From positions 2,481 to 66,480 of the IMG/VR virus record IMGVR_UViG_3300025000_000092: a DNA stretch of 64,000 bases. One strand, written 5' to 3'. Shown piece after piece: positions 8,653 to 17,098 of this stretch (position 1 is the stretch's first letter; every line of letters begins with the position of its first letter). The position numbers and the translations under genes are program-made. A model generated the notes under the pieces. It saw nothing but the letters and a program-made list of their open reading frames with translations, made no database searches and was not told the origin of the DNA. This stretch comes from a virus.

Positions 8653-8983
8653 GGTCGGCCTCCTTCTTCCCAAACCACTTGCACTCCCCGGCGAAGTCGT
8701 CGGCGCGGCACAGTAGGGTTTCGTCGCGCATCGGACCTTCCGGCACGCACTGTCCGCGCGTCCAAGCGGGGCCGTCGCAACCACGGAACAGGGGCTCGCC
8801 CGGTTTCCAGTCCACGTCATCGCGCCCGAGTGCGGTGTGGTAGCAGCCGAAGCAGTCGGCACGCTGCGCGTAGCGGCTGCACCACTTCCCACCCCTCAGG
8901 AACCGCGCACACTCCCCGCACCGAACCTCGCACTTCTTCGCCCGCCGCTTCGGGGCACCGTCCGGGTCGAATCGCTCAGCCAC
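8639..8983 (-). CDS. Cys-rich hypothetical protein
   Basis: GTG with AAGGAGG; multiple Cys pairs. Confidence 0.6.
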   Translation of the reverse strand: MAERFDPDGAPKRRAKKCEVRCGECARFLRGGKWCSRYAQRADCFGCYHTALGRDDVDWKPGEPLFRGCDGPAWTRGQCVPEGPMRDETLLCRADDFAGECKWFGKKEADRGND

Positions 8984-10142
8984 GGTCGGCCTCCTTGCTG
9001 GCTTCCATCGCGGCGCGGTTCGCGCATTCGACGGCCGCCACTCCGACCGCGGCGCACTGCGCCATCTCGGCCAGGTAGCGGTCCATGGTCGCGGGGCCGG
9101 CGCGGAGCAGGTCCGGAGCGCGGAACGCCGGGCCCATTTCAAGGACCGTCTTGCAGTTCCGTCCCGCGTCAACAAGGTCTTTCAAGGCCGACCGGATCAT
9201 CGGGTTGAACGTGCCGGTTCCGCGCTTGACCGCGACCCGCACGACCTCTGCAACTTCCCCGACCTCTTCCCCGAGAATCAGCGCCCACACGGCCGGGTGA
9301 TGGTCCTGCACGCCCCACTTGACATCCTGGCGGGCGCGCTCGGCAAGAATGGGGGCGGTTCGCTCCACCGCCTCCCGCCCGGCCTTGGCCGCTTCCATGA
9401 CCTCGTCCGGGGTGGCGTCGGGGGGAAGGTTGAGGGCCGAGCGGACGGCGTACCCCTCGTCAGCAAGCACGCCCCGGCCAGCGCAAAACGCGAAGTCCAC
9501 CTCCATCGCCCGATTCGCAAGCCTGTTCAAAAACACATTCGACTTTCGGTTGTCTCCCACCCCACAGGCTCGAAAATCACAGTCCCGCTCGTTCACTGCG
9601 TCTCGATACTGGCGCGCGGCGCGTACAAGAGCCGCGACACCAGCCGCATTTACGTTCCGCTTCGCCTCGCGCCCCGCCTTGGCCGCCTCCAGGACCGCCT
9701 CGTGGGGCGCGTCTGCGTTTCCGGTCAGGGCGAGGGCGAGGGACTGCCGTTCGTCCTGCATCCGGTCCACATCGCCGTTCGCCGCCACCCGCTCGTCTTC
9801 GGACTTGCGAAACTTGGACGCCATGGCGTCAAGCGCCAGGGTCATCATTTCCGGTGTCCAGTCCGTGAGGTGGTACTGGATGTCCAAGACGCCCCGCAAG
9901 CGGTCGGCGGCGTGCAGGATGTCCGAGAATCGGCGATACATCCCGCCATGTTCCTTTTCCATGCGCGTGATCCGAGCGGCCATCGCGGACACGGCGGGCT
10001 TGCACACCGCGTCAGGGCGCATCCCGAGAATCACGCACCGCTTTCCGTCGTAGTTCTCGCACCGCTCCTGGTCGCACATCGGCACGCCGTCGTACTCAGT
10101 GGGCAGCGGAGTGCGCGGAATCCTGTCACTATTATTACCCAT
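8976..10142 (-). CDS. multi-module protein with C-terminal MazG-like pyrophosphohydrolase domain
   Basis: ERARQDVKWG...LILGEEVGEVAE...EMAQCAAV; internal duplicated EAAKAGREA module. Confidence 0.7.
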   Translation of the reverse strand: MGNNSDRIPRTPLPTEYDGVPMCDQERCENYDGKRCVILGMRPDAVCKPAVSAMAARITRMEKEHGGMYRRFSDILHAADRLRGVLDIQYHLTDWTPEMMTLALDAMASKFRKSEDERVAANGDVDRMQDERQSLALALTGNADAPHEAVLEAAKAGREAKRNVNAAGVAALVRAARQYRDAVNERDCDFRACGVGDNRKSNVFLNRLANRAMEVDFAFCAGRGVLADEGYAVRSALNLPPDATPDEVMEAAKAGREAVERTAPILAERARQDVKWGVQDHHPAVWALILGEEVGEVAEVVRVAVKRGTGTFNPMIRSALKDLVDAGRNCKTVLEMGPAFRAPDLLRAGPATMDRYLAEMAQCAAVGVAAVECANRAAMEASKEADRG

Positions 10143-10143
10143 C

Positions 10144-10833
10144 CTACCCCTCCCCGTCCTGCGCCCCGTCCGTGGGCGCGTGTTGCGGCACCGACGCGAG
10201 GTACAGATTGTCCTCGTGCTGACAGTGCTTGCAGGGCCGCGCCTCCCGGTATCCCGGCCACTTGCAGCGGCCATGCATGTGAGGACACGGCGGCGGGCAC
10301 GGGTCCGGGTGCTGACACGGGTTGCAGGAGTCGCCGCAGCCCAGTTTGGCGTCCGTCGCCACCGCCAAAAGCGCGCCCCGCGTCTCAGGGTCGGCCGCGT
10401 TCGACGCAAGGGCCGCGGCAGCGCTTGCAACCGCTCTGTGGTAGGTGGCGCTTTCCCCGTCCGTGGGCGCATTGGTGGCCTGGGTCGGGGGCTTCGCCAG
10501 CTTTGCACCACGCCACGTCTCGATACTGCGCCACTGCGCATCGGACATGATCATCGTGACAGGGAAGCAGCCCCCCTTGCCCTTGACCGGCAGGTCCTCG
10601 AAAAACGACGAGGGGCCATCCCATCCGTTGCCCACGGTCCATCGGGCGTAGGCGTGCAAGACGGGCGACCACTTCTGATGCATGACTCCAGCATCGAAGT
10701 CGCCGCGCGTGATGTCCGTAGCGCGCTCGACATCGGCATAGAACTCTTCCTCGGTGACGTGCCCGCGGACGTGGTAGGCGTCCGGGGTGTCCTCCCAATT
10801 GAGGACGATGCACTGCCCGTGTACGGTCTTCAT
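10144..10833 (-). CDS. hypothetical protein with Cys-rich C-terminus
   Basis: AGGAGG RBS, ATGA overlap. Confidence 0.65.
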   Translation of the reverse strand: MKTVHGQCIVLNWEDTPDAYHVRGHVTEEEFYADVERATDITRGDFDAGVMHQKWSPVLHAYARWTVGNGWDGPSSFFEDLPVKGKGGCFPVTMIMSDAQWRSIETWRGAKLAKPPTQATNAPTDGESATYHRAVASAAAALASNAADPETRGALLAVATDAKLGCGDSCNPCQHPDPCPPPCPHMHGRCKWPGYREARPCKHCQHEDNLYLASVPQHAPTDGAQDGEG

Positions 10834-11117
10834 CGATCGTCCTCCTGGTTGGTGGCCTTGGGTCGGGGCACGTCCCCGCACGCCGCGAGGGCGCGCACGA
10901 TGATGATCTCCATGCGGTTGACCTGGACATCCCAGATCGGATCGCGTGCCGCAAAGGGCTCGCTCAGGATCGCGGCAACCTTCGTCAACCGCTCCCGCAG
11001 GTCATCCGCCGCCGCCCGTGCGCAGAGGGCGTCCTGCACCGCGGCCGCGCACCGCGGCGCACCCACGCACTCACATCTTCGGCTCGGTGCATTGTTCCAG
11101 TCGTTGTCGTTAGCCAT
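10830..11117 (-). CDS. hypothetical protein
   Basis: TAATG coupling. Confidence 0.6.
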   Translation of the reverse strand: MANDNDWNNAPSRRCECVGAPRCAAAVQDALCARAAADDLRERLTKVAAILSEPFAARDPIWDVQVNRMEIIIVRALAACGDVPRPKATNQEDDR

Positions 11118-11704
11118 TACCCCGCCTCCCGCGCCACCGCCGCATCAAACGCGGCCTCGGGCGTGTCACCGTCCTCCCACGTCCGCCGATTGTCAGGCCA
11201 CACGCTCGTCCAGCCCCCGTGCGTGCGTTCCAGGTGCATCCGCAGCGTCATTGCCTGCTGCCAGCGGTTGCGCATCCGGTCCCGTTCCACAGTCAGGGAG
11301 GCGACCTGGGCGCGGAGGGCAACAGCCTCATCCTCGGCCCGGATTACGGCCCTTTCCTGCTCCACCGCGACCTGACCGTGCGCCTCCAGGCACGCCAGGA
11401 GGTTGTCCCGCTTGCGCGTCAGGTCCGCGACCTGGGTACGGAGGGTGGACAGGCCCCGGACTGCGGACGCCTCAGACTCCGACCAAGCCCGGCACGCCCG
11501 CACCGCTTCGTCCCGCTCCCCCTCCGCCTTCTCCCGCGCCGTACGTTCAGTGGCAAGGGCGGCGGTCAGGCGGACGATCTCACCCGCGGGGATGACCGCG
11601 TGACTCCTGTCCATGGCACCCGCGCGGGCCTTGATCTTGCACGATTCGATGTTGGCGCCCCGGAGCGTACATGCCGCCCGGTCGCACTCGTTACAGACGT
11701 TCAT
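11117..11704 (-). CDS. coiled-coil hypothetical protein
   Basis: ATGA overlap; heptad-rich. Confidence 0.65.
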   Translation of the reverse strand: MNVCNECDRAACTLRGANIESCKIKARAGAMDRSHAVIPAGEIVRLTAALATERTAREKAEGERDEAVRACRAWSESEASAVRGLSTLRTQVADLTRKRDNLLACLEAHGQVAVEQERAVIRAEDEAVALRAQVASLTVERDRMRNRWQQAMTLRMHLERTHGGWTSVWPDNRRTWEDGDTPEAAFDAAVAREAG

Positions 11705-11949
11705 CCCTCCCCCTCCCCCTTCTTCGTCTTCCGCCCCGTCCACACGACGCACGCCGTCCCGAACGGGCATTCGACGTGCCGGCCGTACCGCGGGATCATC
11801 CCCTGGCCGTAGTCCACGGTCTGCACGCCCGCGCCCATCTCCGCGGACCCTTCGACGCCCCAACACTCGCCGGTCGCGTTGTCGAGGTACGCGCACACAC
11901 CGGCGGTGGATTCGCAGTAGGGCGATTCGATGGTGATGGTGTGGGTCAT
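11701..11949 (-). CDS. Cys-rich hypothetical protein
   Basis: ATGA overlap. Confidence 0.6.
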   Translation of the reverse strand: MTHTITIESPYCESTAGVCAYLDNATGECWGVEGSAEMGAGVQTVDYGQGMIPRYGRHVECPFGTACVVWTGRKTKKGEGEG

Positions 11950-12161
11950 CGCTCCACCCCCGGCTTCCAATTCCAATCGCAGGACACCCCGCCCTTGCTG
12001 TGCCCAAGGGCGACAACGCACGGCCGCCCGTCCGGCATCTGGACGTACTTCAGGCTGGTGTAGTAGCCATCGACTCCCACCTTCTTGAAGTCTCGCGGCG
12101 GCACGCGCGTAACGCCGTCGCACGCGCCGAACAGGAACAGAAACGGAATCAGATACCTCAT
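11946..12161 (-). CDS. putative small lipoprotein
   Basis: MRYLIPFLFLFGAC: hydrophobic N-terminus with lipobox-like FGAC. Confidence 0.6.
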   Translation of the reverse strand: MRYLIPFLFLFGACDGVTRVPPRDFKKVGVDGYYTSLKYVQMPDGRPCVVALGHSKGGVSCDWNWKPGVER

Positions 12162-12685
12162 CGCCCTTCCTCCGGATGCGCCTTGCCCCAGGCTTCGATT
12201 GCCTCGCGGGCGGTGGGGTACCTGTCGTCTGCCGGGTTGTCCGGATTGACGCGATGCAACAAATACGTCCCGTCGCCGCGGTCCAGAATCATCCGTTCCA
12301 GCGTCGCCAGGACCGCCAGGGCTTCGTCGCGATCGCGCTGAAGGCGAGCGAGCGTCACGCACACGAAGGCCGTGCCAGAGACAGCCTCGTCGTACGCCGC
12401 ACGGTTCGGCTCGCCCGTCTCGTCGTAGTACCTCGGCTCCATCCGCGTGCACGAACCCGCGTTGAACCCCTGCACAAAGCAGAAGTACCCCACTCCCGCC
12501 TCAGGATGCTTGCACGGATGCACGCCGTTATCGCTCCACGCCAGGTGCTTGCAGAACGGTCCGGGACGACGGACGAATCCGGGACACGCCCGCGCCCACT
12601 CGGGCTCGCATCGGGGCGTGTCGCTGTCGCCGCACTCGTGCCAGCCCAGGCCGTTGGGATGGGATCGGTTACAGGGATGCTCCAT
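12158..12685 (-). CDS. Cys-rich hypothetical protein with EPRYYDE module
   Basis: AAGGAG RBS; shares a module with 556..984. Confidence 0.7.
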   Translation of the reverse strand: MEHPCNRSHPNGLGWHECGDSDTPRCEPEWARACPGFVRRPGPFCKHLAWSDNGVHPCKHPEAGVGYFCFVQGFNAGSCTRMEPRYYDETGEPNRAAYDEAVSGTAFVCVTLARLQRDRDEALAVLATLERMILDRGDGTYLLHRVNPDNPADDRYPTAREAIEAWGKAHPEEGR

Positions 12686-12730
12686 GGTCGACTCCTTTCT
12701 GTTACGCCTTCCGCACGAAATCCTGCCGGT

Positions 12731-13228
12731 TCATTCGCCACCGGCCACCTCCCCGAGCTGGGCCCGGACCAGGGCCTCGACTTCCGGCGGCAGTCGCCAG
12801 AACCCCTGCGCCCCCTTGCACGGGACCGGGGTCGCGAGCGAGCGCGCGCGATCCATCATCCAGGCGTGCGGGTCCCCGCCGGACGGGCGCTCGAGGTTGC
12901 CCATCCACCACCAGTCGGCCTGGCCGGGCGGACAGAACTGGCGGACCCGGAGGGGCGGGACGCACGCGGTGAACTGGAACACGCCCACCACGCCCGTAGG
13001 CTGCGGGGTGTCCGGGAGCAGGTAGCCCGCCCGGACCATCATGGCCAGGGACTCCCGGTCCGTCGTCAGCCCGGCGTGCATGGCGACGTCCACTCCGATC
13101 GCCCAGGCGGGCAGCGGCCACCCGCGGTTCTCCAGCAGCTTCTGCGGGATGCGCTCCGGGTTCGGCCCGGTCGGTCCCTGGATGATCGACGGCCACGGAC
13201 GCCAGAACGTCAGCGCGAGCATGCTCAT
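12731..13228 (-). CDS. ASCH-domain protein
   Basis: ALTFWRPWPSII...KLLENRGW...AMHAG...PCKGAQGFW. Confidence 0.8.
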   Translation of the reverse strand: MSMLALTFWRPWPSIIQGPTGPNPERIPQKLLENRGWPLPAWAIGVDVAMHAGLTTDRESLAMMVRAGYLLPDTPQPTGVVGVFQFTACVPPLRVRQFCPPGQADWWWMGNLERPSGGDPHAWMMDRARSLATPVPCKGAQGFWRLPPEVEALVRAQLGEVAGGE

Positions 13229-13231
13229 GGC

Positions 13232-13660
13232 TCAGTACCTCCCGCCGGAGCGCTGGCCTCGCCGATGCAGCTCGCGGACCCGCGCCTTCCTGGCCCGGTT
13301 CTCGGCCCGGCGGCGCCGCCGGCGCGCCCCTTTGTTCATCCCGGCGCAGGCGCTGCACAGGTCGTCCTCGACCCAGTGGCAGGGCACGCGGCGAACCACG
13401 CACGCGTGCATGTCGTCGCAGCCGCACACTCGGCAGGTCGGGCCGAGGAACTCCAGGAACCCGGGCCGGCCCAGGGGGTCGTCGTCGAAGTCGTCCCCGT
13501 CGTCGTAGTCGTCGCCGATCCCGTCGTCCGAGTCGTCCCCGTGGCACTCCGGGCACACGACCATGTCCCCGTGGATGCACTCGCCGAGCCCGTGGCACAG
13601 GTCGTCACAGCAGCCGACGATCTCGCCGGTGCCGTTGCAGGTCTGGCAGAGGTCAGGCAT
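13232..13660 (-). CDS. zinc-finger protein (DnaJ-like CxxCxGxG)
   Basis: CQTCNGTG, CPECHG, CRVCGC, CSAC. Confidence 0.7.
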   Translation of the reverse strand: MPDLCQTCNGTGEIVGCCDDLCHGLGECIHGDMVVCPECHGDDSDDGIGDDYDDGDDFDDDPLGRPGFLEFLGPTCRVCGCDDMHACVVRRVPCHWVEDDLCSACAGMNKGARRRRRRAENRARKARVRELHRRGQRSGGRY

Positions 13661-14060
13661 GGGACACCTCCGCCTCGCACTCCTCAACCACGTTCCGGGC
13701 CGTCTCTTCGTCGTACTGCGCGCCCATCCTCGCGCGCAGGCAGACCGACACGTCCTGCCAGCCCATCCGGCGCACCGCCCGCGCCTGGGCGAGGCACTTC
13801 CACACCGGCACGTCCGGGCAGTCGTCGTTGGTCTGGTCGCAATGCTCGCACTCCGGGTTGTAGTGCGCCTGCGAACTCGCGACCGTCCGCAAGTGCGCGC
13901 GATGGCTCTCGGTCCTGGCGTCGTCCAGCGACCGCAGCCGGGACAGCCGATCCGCAGCCTCGAGCCGTGCGATGCAGTCGTCGCAGTAGAACAGGATCCC
14001 GTACTGACGCACGGGCGAGCCGCTCCCGCAGGCGTTGGCGCAGTCGTCTTTCATCCCCAT
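13653..14060 (-). CDS. Cys-rich hypothetical protein
   Basis: CANAC, CDDC, CEHC motifs; GGAGG RBS. Confidence 0.6.
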   Translation of the reverse strand: MGMKDDCANACGSGSPVRQYGILFYCDDCIARLEAADRLSRLRSLDDARTESHRAHLRTVASSQAHYNPECEHCDQTNDDCPDVPVWKCLAQARAVRRMGWQDVSVCLRARMGAQYDEETARNVVEECEAEVSHA

Positions 14061-14081
14061 CCTCCCGCGGGTTTCCCCGCT

Positions 14082-14951
14082 TCACAGCGCTCCGGTCCCG
14101 CGAGTGGCCAGCATTTCGCCCACAGCCTCGCGGTCCCCATCGCAAGAGATCCGTCGCGGCGCCTGCACCGTCTGGATCGCGAACCCGAGCCCCTCGTACA
14201 GCGCCAGGATCCGGGGCGTCGCCGCGTTGGACGTGACCACCGGACCGTCATGGCGGGCGAGCCAGGCCGCGAGGCGCTCCTGTGCGCACCAGTCGAATCC
14301 CCCGGCGGCGTAGTCGGTGAACGTGCCGTCGTAGGGCGGGTCCGCGTACAGGTAGTCGCCGGGCAAAACCGGGACCGCAGAGAAGTCGCCGCACACGATC
14401 TCCCACCGCGACAGGACCGGCGCGTAGGCCGTGAAGTCGCGGCGGTAGTTGATGCTGGCGTACTTCCCGAACGGCACGTTGTACCCGCCGCTCCGGTTGA
14501 AGCGGCACAGCCCGTTGAAGCCGGTCCGGTTCAGGTAGTAGAACAGCCCCGCCGCTTCCGCCGACACGCCCGTCTGCAAGCGCAGGGCGTTGAACCGCTC
14601 CCGGTTGGCGTAGTAGGTCGTGGCGTCGTTCAGGAGCGGGACCGCGCCGGGGACCGTGAAGCCCAACGCCATGTGGCGGTACAGCCCGACGAGGTACGGG
14701 TTCGCGTCGTTCAGCAGGGCCCGCGACGGCTGCAACCCCAGGGCCACAGCCATTCCGCCCACGAAGGGCTCGACCAGCCGGCAATCCCGGTGCGGGGCGT
14801 AGAGGTCGCGCAGGGTCGGGACCAGCCACCGCTTGCCGCCCGCCCACTTCAGGACAGGGTCGAGCGGGGCGGCTGGCGGCTGGTTGGCCGCTGGCCTGGG
14901 GGCGGGCGCTGCCACCGCGGGGACGCCGAAGAGGTCCATCTGGGCGTTCAT
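14082..14951 (-). CDS. dam: Dam-family (D12 class) DNA adenine methyltransferase
   Basis: LKWAGGKRW, VEPFVGG, RTGFNGLCRFN, YADPPY. Confidence 0.93.
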   Translation of the reverse strand: MNAQMDLFGVPAVAAPAPRPAANQPPAAPLDPVLKWAGGKRWLVPTLRDLYAPHRDCRLVEPFVGGMAVALGLQPSRALLNDANPYLVGLYRHMALGFTVPGAVPLLNDATTYYANRERFNALRLQTGVSAEAAGLFYYLNRTGFNGLCRFNRSGGYNVPFGKYASINYRRDFTAYAPVLSRWEIVCGDFSAVPVLPGDYLYADPPYDGTFTDYAAGGFDWCAQERLAAWLARHDGPVVTSNAATPRILALYEGLGFAIQTVQAPRRISCDGDREAVGEMLATRGTGAL

Positions 14952-16159
14952 GCGACCTCCATCGTGGTCCGGACCACGGCCTCAGCAACGTCCGGACACA
15001 CCGCGTTTCCCAGCAGATCCATGTACGCCCCTACAAATTCGGCAGCGAGCGGGGGAACAATGGCGTTTCCGGCTCCGCGCAGAACGCCCACGCGCTCGGC
15101 GGAAAGCCCATCAACCAGAGGGGAAAAAGCGGGTTCAAGCGGTACACGACGGGGCTTGCCGTCTGCGCATAGGACGGCGCCTGATAGCGCCCAGTGACCT
15201 GGTTTGTCAGGCTCGTTTGGCTCGGCCCGACCGCCGCTTCGCAGTCCGTCGCGTTCGGCGTCGCCCAGCCGGCTACAGCAAGAACCTGGAAGGACAGCGG
15301 GTTGCCCTTCGATCGAGCGGTCCGCGACTTGACCCATTCCTCCGACCCCGAATCGCTCCTCCAGTCCCGCGCCGCAGGGGTCGCCCAGCCGGTCATGGCT
15401 TCTATCAGCCCCGCACCCCGCTTCCCGTCGTTCGGCATTCTGCCCCGGTCCGCTTCCGAGACTGTCGGGGTCAACCATCCCGCCGTCAGGGCGAAGTCCT
15501 GTAGGTTCCGACGCGCGCCCTGCGTTCGTTCCAGCATCCCGCCTCGTTCCGCATTCGTAACTGCGGGCGTTGGCCATCCGACCAACCTCGCGGCACTCGT
15601 CAATGTGTCCGGTGCGCCCCGGTGCGCCCCCGTCGATTCCGAGTCCTCGGCTCGCGCTGTCGGCCACCCAGTAGAGCCGCTGTCGGATGTGCGGCGCCCC
15701 AATGCCCGCAGCGCACAGATCGGCGGCCCCGAACCGATATCCCACTCCCGCCAGGTCAGCACGTACTCCGGCGAGCCAAAGGCGCCCATCCGCGCTCGCA
15801 ACCTGCTCGCCAAAGACCGTTGCAGGTCGTCCGTCCCTGATGAGGCGAAAGAACTCGGGCCAGAGGTGCCGGGGGTCGTCTTCGCCCGCGCCCGCGCCCG
15901 CCACGCTGAAGGGCTGGCAGGGACAGGAACCGGTCCAGACGGGCCGGTCGTCGGGCCATTTCGCGAGTCGGAGGGCGTAGGACCAGCCGCCGATCCCGGC
16001 GAAGAAATGGGCTTGGGCGTATCCTCGAACATCGTCAACTGTGACATCCGTGATGCTCCGTTCGTCAACGTCCCCGGCGGCAATCAGTCCCTCGCGCACC
16101 AGACCACGCAGCCACGCCGCAGCGAAGGGATCGTGCTCGTTGTAGTACGCGCCGATCAC
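14948..16159 (-). CDS. DNA cytosine-5 methyltransferase (large/alpha polypeptide)
   Basis: FFAGIGG (I), GSCPCQPFS (IV), FGEQV (VI), PHIRQRLY (VIII), GNAIV (X). Confidence 0.9.
   Translation of the reverse strand: MIGAYYNEHDPFAAAWLRGLVREGLIAAGDVDERSITDVTVDDVRGYAQAHFFAGIGGWSYALRLAKWPDDRPVWTGSCPCQPFSVAGAGAGEDDPRHLWPEFFRLIRDGRPATVFGEQVASADGRLWLAGVRADLAGVGYRFGAADLCAAGIGAPHIRQRLYWVADSASRGLGIDGGAPGRTGHIDECREVGRMANARSYECGTRRDAGTNAGRASEPTGLRPDGGMVDPDSLGSGPGQNAERREAGCGADRSHDRLGDPCGAGLEERFGVGGMGQVADRSIEGQPAVLPGSCCSRLGDAERDGLRSGGRAEPNEPDKPGHWALSGAVLCADGKPRRVPLEPAFSPLVDGLSAERVGVLRGAGNAIVPPLAAEFVGAYMDLLGNAVCPDVAEAVVRTTMEVA
15031..16047 (-). CDS. nested alternate-frame protein, probable beta polypeptide of the C5 MTase
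   Basis: 338 aa open inside the MTase; five GWxT(P/A) repeats; C-terminal RLNPLFPLWLMGFP resembles motif IX; GGAG upstream of ATG. Confidence 0.7.
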   Translation of the reverse strand: MSQLTMFEDTPKPISSPGSAAGPTPSDSRNGPTTGPSGPVPVPASPSAWRARARAKTTPGTSGPSSFASSGTDDLQRSLASRLRARMGAFGSPEYVLTWREWDIGSGPPICALRALGRRTSDSGSTGWPTARAEDSESTGAHRGAPDTLTSAARLVGWPTPAVTNAERGGMLERTQGARRNLQDFALTAGWLTPTVSEADRGRMPNDGKRGAGLIEAMTGWATPAARDWRSDSGSEEWVKSRTARSKGNPLSFQVLAVAGWATPNATDCEAAVGPSQTSLTNQVTGRYQAPSYAQTASPVVYRLNPLFPLWLMGFPPSAWAFCAEPETPLFPRSLPNL

Positions 16160-16391
16160 GACTGCACGCTCCGCCGCCCCCTCGCCATCATGCCCCGCAC
16201 CCGCTTCGCCAGCTCCCGCCACCCGTCGGGGCGGACGGCCTCCAGGACCCGCAGCACGTCGGCGCGGCGGTACACCGGGAAGACCGTCTCGTCGTCCGAG
16301 TGCGAACGTTTGAAGTAGGGGGCGCCGACACGCACGCCCAGGGCGGCGAGGGCGGCCGGCTCTTGAACGGGGTCTTGGTCATGGCGGGCAT
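16156..16391 (-). pseudogene. small ORF with apparent 1-nt frameshift
   Basis: MPAMTKTPFKSR reads on sensibly only in the -1 frame (AALAALGVRVGAPYFKR...), whose stop overlaps the MTase GTG. Confidence 0.45.
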
Positions 16392-16395
16392 GGTT

Positions 16396-16761
16396 CTACT
16401 CCTCGTCCTTTGCGGCCTGGGCCACGTCGACCACCTGGGCCTCCATCGCGGTCAGGACCTGGTCTGCGGTCTCCAGGACGCGCCACGTGTCGTCCTCGGT
16501 TCTGGCTTGGGAGACCCAACACCCCGGCACCGCTCCGGGGAACTTAGGGCACGGCTGCACCCGGAGGATCGACCGGGGCGCCAGAAAGACGGGGCGTCCG
16601 TCCTGGCAGGTCAACTTCAGCAGCCTCGGGCTGGTTGAAGCGGCGAGTCGCAGTCGGTCGAGGGCGTGCGCAAGGTCTTCAGGCGACAGTCGGTTCAAGC
16701 AGTCGCCAAGATCCCGCATGCCGTCGGCCACTGTTCCCAGAGTTTGCAAAAGTGTCTCCAT
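16396..16761 (-). CDS. hypothetical protein with FlbD-like C-terminal domain
   Basis: LKLTCQDGRPVFLAPRSILRVQ...VLETADQVL. Confidence 0.55.
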   Translation of the reverse strand: METLLQTLGTVADGMRDLGDCLNRLSPEDLAHALDRLRLAASTSPRLLKLTCQDGRPVFLAPRSILRVQPCPKFPGAVPGCWVSQARTEDDTWRVLETADQVLTAMEAQVVDVAQAAKDEE

Positions 16762-16765
16762 CGCC

Positions 16766-17095
16766 CTACTCCTCCCCCTGGCTCGCGGCCAGGTCCTTCC
16801 CGCACACCATCCGGACCCGCGCCTGGAACCCGTTGCGGCAGCAGCGCGCCGCGTCCGCAGGCGACACCGGGCACAGGCGCAACCGCTGGCCCGACCGGCA
16901 GTCCAGGACCGGGCGCGCGCCCATCAGGTGACCGCCCCACCGGGCGTGCGTGCACGGGTGCTGCTCCTCGAGGTGACGACCCGCCGCCTCAACCTCGTGT
17001 CGCAGGGCAACCCCGGACCTGTCGTGCGCGATGCGCTGCGGGTCTGCCGGGACAGCCTCCTGCGTGCACGGGATCGAGGCGGCGGGCGTTCTCAT
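16766..17095 (-). CDS. Cys-rich hypothetical protein
   Basis: GGAGG RBS; coupled to neighbours. Confidence 0.55.
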   Translation of the reverse strand: MRTPAASIPCTQEAVPADPQRIAHDRSGVALRHEVEAAGRHLEEQHPCTHARWGGHLMGARPVLDCRSGQRLRLCPVSPADAARCCRNGFQARVRMVCGKDLAASQGEE

Positions 17096-17098
17096 GGC

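Noticed and set aside
12702-12734. 10-codon ORF MNRQDFVRKA coupled to the ASCH gene
   Set aside because: Too short to support; probably a remnant of a deleted gene
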